IMG/VR virus record: IMGVR_UViG_3300009124_000034
Location: 1 to 44,496 of that record
Length of the DNA stretch: 44,496 bases
Origin: a virus
Direction: 5' to 3' (one strand)
Below are positions 41,313 through 44,496 of this stretch, piece after piece. Under the pieces are notes generated by a model. The model did no database searches and was not told the origin of the DNA. It saw nothing but the letters and a program-made list of their open reading frames with translations. Position numbers and translations under genes: made by a program. The first letter of the stretch is position 1. Each line of letters starts with the position of its first letter.

Positions 41313-44300
41313 TGGACCGCAAGCTTCTTCCCTACGAGCACCAACTGATCGATGCTCTTGGGATTACCAAGGAAGAGTATCTCGCTTTTGTTGCAGTCCA
41401 ACAAGAATACAAAGACCCCAAAGTTGGTACAGCGCTAGACATCCGGGCTGCTGACGGTGGAACGGTCGCTATTGTCCTTACCGTTATTGGAATTTTGTTC
41501 CAGGTTGGTGCGGCACTATTAGCGCCAAAACCCAAGATTCCTGACCTCACTGAAAAAACTCAGCGACGTTCCAGGGAAGCACGATTTTCACCAACCTTTG
41601 GATTTAATTCCGCTCAAGAGCTGGCTAGCTATGGCGACCCCGTAAATTTGGTTTACACCAATACTGACGATAACCCCAATGGCGGTGTGCGTTTGTCTGG
41701 ATCGTTGGTGTGGTCTTCGATTGAAAGTTATGGCTCAGCCCAATTCATGCAATTATTGCTTGTTATGGGCGCATCGCGAATTTTAAAGATCAAACCAGAA
41801 TTTACCGCATTTGGGCAGATAGCTTTACAGGATTTTGATCCAGGTCTCACTTGGATGTTCTACTCCAAAGAAGGCCCAGCAAAATTTAACGACCTCGAAA
41901 GCGGTACTTTAAGTTACCTAACTCCCGAAGATCTAAAAGGCAATTCTGTAGATAACGTCTGCCGAATTATACAAAAAAGGCGTTCCCCTAACCAAGCTGT
42001 TGGTTTTAGTCAATGCTATACGCCAACGACTTCGACAGCTTTTGGTCCGTATGACCCTATCCCCGTTAATGTTCGTCTGTTTAGCAGGGATGAAGCCGAT
42101 GGCGGCGTCATCAAAATTTTAAACGGCATTAAATTCTCTGATCAAGGAAGCAGCAACTGGTTTGGCGGTGATAGAAACTTTTCTCTTGGTCAAAAAATTA
42201 CCCTTGAATTCAGCAAAACAAAAAATAATTATGACCTTGACAATGAGGAAGACTCAGAAAGGGCTAAAGCTATAGCCGAACAGCAAGCTGACAACCTACG
42301 ACGTCAGTATGTCGAAAGCATGAACTATGGCACAACTTATATGTTTGGCACGGCCAAATTTATCATTATCAAAACCAGTGTAAACAAAGACTTAGATGCA
42401 GGCGATGTCAGATTCACACTGGAATGTATAAAGGAAGGCCGAGAACCCTTTACCCACCCAAAAAGCGATGAGCTAGATGATCTGCAGAACCCCAACGTTC
42501 CAAGTCTTCAAGACTTTAAACGAGCTCTAGACCAGCTGGAACGTGATGATGAAGAGGGTCAAGCGGGCACCCAGATTATTATTAAAGGGTTAGGTGTTGA
42601 TATTAATTTTTCAGCCTTTGAATCGCAAGGCGTGGAATGGACTGATATTTTTGGCGAAAAACAATACGGATTTTTTAACGAGCGCGGTTCAAAGTCAACC
42701 AGCGAAAAACGTTTAAGGGATCGCACAGTCGTCACGCCTCCCACGCTAAAAACACGTCAAGTTAGAAAGGAGCTTAGAAAACAATTAGCTGATCTTGAGC
42801 AAGTTATTACTGATATAGAAAATGGTGTTTTTGATAACCCCGATACCCTGCCAGCAAACGCCAATGCAGCCGCCCAAGACATTGCGTTTCAGATCACCAA
42901 TCGTGCTCTAAGGGGTAAAGAAACTCGTTTAAAAAGCATTAACGATTTTAGTCTTGCAGGCACGGTAGAAACGTTCCAAGATGTAAAACTAAGCAATGAC
43001 GAAGGCTCGCTGCGCAAAAGACTACAAGAGAAACAAAAGAATCCTGTCGAAAATGCTGACATAATTACAGCACTTGAAAATAAAATTTCAAACAGGGAAA
43101 ACAGAGTAATAAAAAAAGTACACGATCATTACGTTAAGCTTTACAAATTTCAAGCTTATAACAGAAGCGAAGGGGAGCCTCTCCCTGATGAACAATGGCT
43201 AAAAAACAGCAAGTTTTCTTTTGTAACTCCGGGAACTGGGTCGGCTTCAAACAACACTTATTTGGCTGGTACGGAAACCTTAAGGCAGTCGCTTGAGGAT
43301 AATAAAATTTTTAATGAACTTATCGTTGACAAAGATGGCGTCAAAGCCATGGAAGATAAATGGGGCGCTTTAATCAGTCAAAAACAGCAAGCAATTAAAG
43401 ACTTAAAAAGAATTGTAACCAACTACGAAAAACTTTTGCTAAAAGAAGGCTATGCAGATTTAAACAGAGCTTTCTTCAGCAAATGTCTAGTCAAGGTTGA
43501 AACCGCTTCATACGAAACTGTGTCAGCTTGCGATGTCGTCCGCTTTTCCATTAAGGCAAAGCTATTCAGGCGTATTGCCGGACGTCAACGAGAATACGCA
43601 AGGGATCGAATTGTTGAAGACTATTCTGCAGGCGATAATGGAATCCAAGATCGCACATGTTTCTTCAGGGTTTTCTACAAAGAGGTAGGCGAGCCCACGT
43701 ACGACGAAGCGCCACTCCTGTTTGCCGTCAGGCGTGGTTCGGAATCCGATGCACACCTTGGGCTATATTTTGAGCCTAAAAACGGAAAAATTGAAGCCTC
43801 AAGAGTACGCTGGCAATTTAAATTTGAGCCTGTTCATGACCCCATGGCCTGGCACGAAGAAACCGACAATACAAAGGTTGGTTACATAACAGGCATCGAA
43901 GATTACCAAAGCGAAAAACACAATGGCAATGCTTTTGGTTTTTACGGTCGGATCATAACCGGCACCAGCGGCGGCTTTCTTAACGCCATGTCAACCAAAG
44001 GCCCCGCAAACACTTTTGACTATGACATGTTTAGTAATACAACCGATACTCAAATCCAATTTAGTTTTGAGAACGGCCCTGAGTTGAGCATTCTTGCCGT
44101 AGCGGAGCAGCAGCTTGCTGGAACGCAAGATGCAAAAGGCGCAGACTACGAAAAATTATCAACAATGGCATTAGTAGTCAGAGCTGGAAAAGGTCTACAG
44201 GACCTGCGAAACATCAGCACATTTGTTGAGCAGGGCAAGAGATGTTTTAACGCAGATACGTTCCAGCGGTATAGCCCAGAAAAAAGCAGCAGCTACGCAC

Positions 44301-44496
44301 CAGATATTTTCGTAGATACTGTCTTGAGCACTACGGATGGTGTTGGCAGCTATGTCGCCGAAGGATCTCACGTCTTAGATCAAGAAGCTTTGATCCTTGC
44401 CAAGAAGTTTTGTAAAAATAACAAGCTGCCCTTACAGGAAAGTAACGGCGAGATCCAGCTGTTTATGGATGGAGTTATTGCGGACCAAACATCTTG
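41312..44496 (+). CDS. Tail tip / host-specificity protein (gpI-gpJ-like fusion), N-terminal part running off the window end
   Basis: ATGA overlap with the upstream stop. No other long ORF in any frame over 3.1 kb. Hand translation is open from MDRKLLPYEHQLIDALGITKEEY..., with a TM-like segment GGTVAIVLTVIGILFQVGAALLA. It continues in frame into 1..975. Confidence 0.75.
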   Translation, partial: MDRKLLPYEHQLIDALGITKEEYLAFVAVQQEYKDPKVGTALDIRAADGGTVAIVLTVIGILFQVGAALLAPKPKIPDLTEKTQRRSREARFSPTFGFNSAQELASYGDPVNLVYTNTDDNPNGGVRLSGSLVWSSIESYGSAQFMQLLLVMGASRILKIKPEFTAFGQIALQDFDPGLTWMFYSKEGPAKFNDLESGTLSYLTPEDLKGNSVDNVCRIIQKRRSPNQAVGFSQCYTPTTSTAFGPYDPIPVNVRLFSRDEADGGVIKILNGIKFSDQGSSNWFGGDRNFSLGQKITLEFSKTKNNYDLDNEEDSERAKAIAEQQADNLRRQYVESMNYGTTYMFGTAKFIIIKTSVNKDLDAGDVRFTLECIKEGREPFTHPKSDELDDLQNPNVPSLQDFKRALDQLERDDEEGQAGTQIIIKGLGVDINFSAFESQGVEWTDIFGEKQYGFFNERGSKSTSEKRLRDRTVVTPPTLKTRQVRKELRKQLADLEQVITDIENGVFDNPDTLPANANAAAQDIAFQITNRALRGKETRLKSINDFSLAGTVETFQDVKLSNDEGSLRKRLQEKQKNPVENADIITALENKISNRENRVIKKVHDHYVKLYKFQAYNRSEGEPLPDEQWLKNSKFSFVTPGTGSASNNTYLAGTETLRQSLEDNKIFNELIVDKDGVKAMEDKWGALISQKQQAIKDLKRIVTNYEKLLLKEGYADLNRAFFSKCLVKVETASYETVSACDVVRFSIKAKLFRRIAGRQREYARDRIVEDYSAGDNGIQDRTCFFRVFYKEVGEPTYDEAPLLFAVRRGSESDAHLGLYFEPKNGKIEASRVRWQFKFEPVHDPMAWHEETDNTKVGYITGIEDYQSEKHNGNAFGFYGRIITGTSGGFLNAMSTKGPANTFDYDMFSNTTDTQIQFSFENGPELSILAVAEQQLAGTQDAKGADYEKLSTMALVVRAGKGLQDLRNISTFVEQGKRCFNADTFQRYSPEKSSSYAPDIFVDTVLSTTDGVGSYVAEGSHVLDQEALILAKKFCKNNKLPLQESNGEIQLFMDGVIADQTS
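44420..44496. repeat. 77-bp terminal overlap identical to 1..77
   Basis: Direct comparison. See the first feature. Confidence 0.95.

Noticed and set aside
1-44496. Cyanobacterial HIP1 palindrome (GCGATCGC) enrichment, CRISPR arrays, integrase/excisionase or a lysogeny module
   Set aside because: I found only partial HIP1-like strings (for example around 2445, 2533, 23641 and 39591) and no exact enrichment. There are no spaced direct-repeat arrays. No tyrosine or serine recombinase motifs appear in any ORF, so these were not reported.

Overview
The window is one complete tailed-phage genome assembled as a circle. Bases 1-77 are identical to 44420-44496, so the unique length is 44,419 bp. One large tail gene (41312 to the window end, continuing 1-975) spans the junction. 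Gene content is lambda-like siphoviral. A long rightward late operon runs from the small and large terminase (26.3-28.0 kb) through portal, scaffold, major capsid, connector/adaptor genes and major tail protein. It continues with a G/GT chaperone pair carrying a -1 slippery site, a 1211-aa tape measure, gpM/L/K-like genes and a 1360-aa I/J-like tip protein. It ends with two tube-fold paralogs, two large repeat-rich tail fibres, a lysis cassette with a GH19 endolysin, and an HNH endonuclease. Leftward early/replication blocks carry a sigma-70 factor, an NrdR-type zinc-ribbon regulator, ThyX, a family-A DNA polymerase, a DUF3310 protein and a prim-pol/helicase. I saw no integrase, complete tRNA, rRNA or CRISPR array. 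A 58-aa NblA-like ORF and the sigma factor hint at a cyanobacterial host (inference only). The most unusual signal is non-genic: the octamer family CTGGNRCG is massively over-represented. CTGGAACG alone occurs about 29 times on the given strand, and the family totals about 110 copies on that strand against about 22 on the complement. The bias is independent of gene orientation, and the densest array (18 sites in 2.1 kb, all one orientation) lies just left of the terminase genes. Other candidate DNA-level systems are: an inverted/direct iteron cluster in the 3' end of the primase-helicase gene, with the same 13-bp palindrome recurring at two other loci; a 4 x 19-bp tandem repeat; paired GAGACTCA operator-like sites; and recurrent intergenic 9-mers. 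All motif counts were made by eye and need exact recounting.
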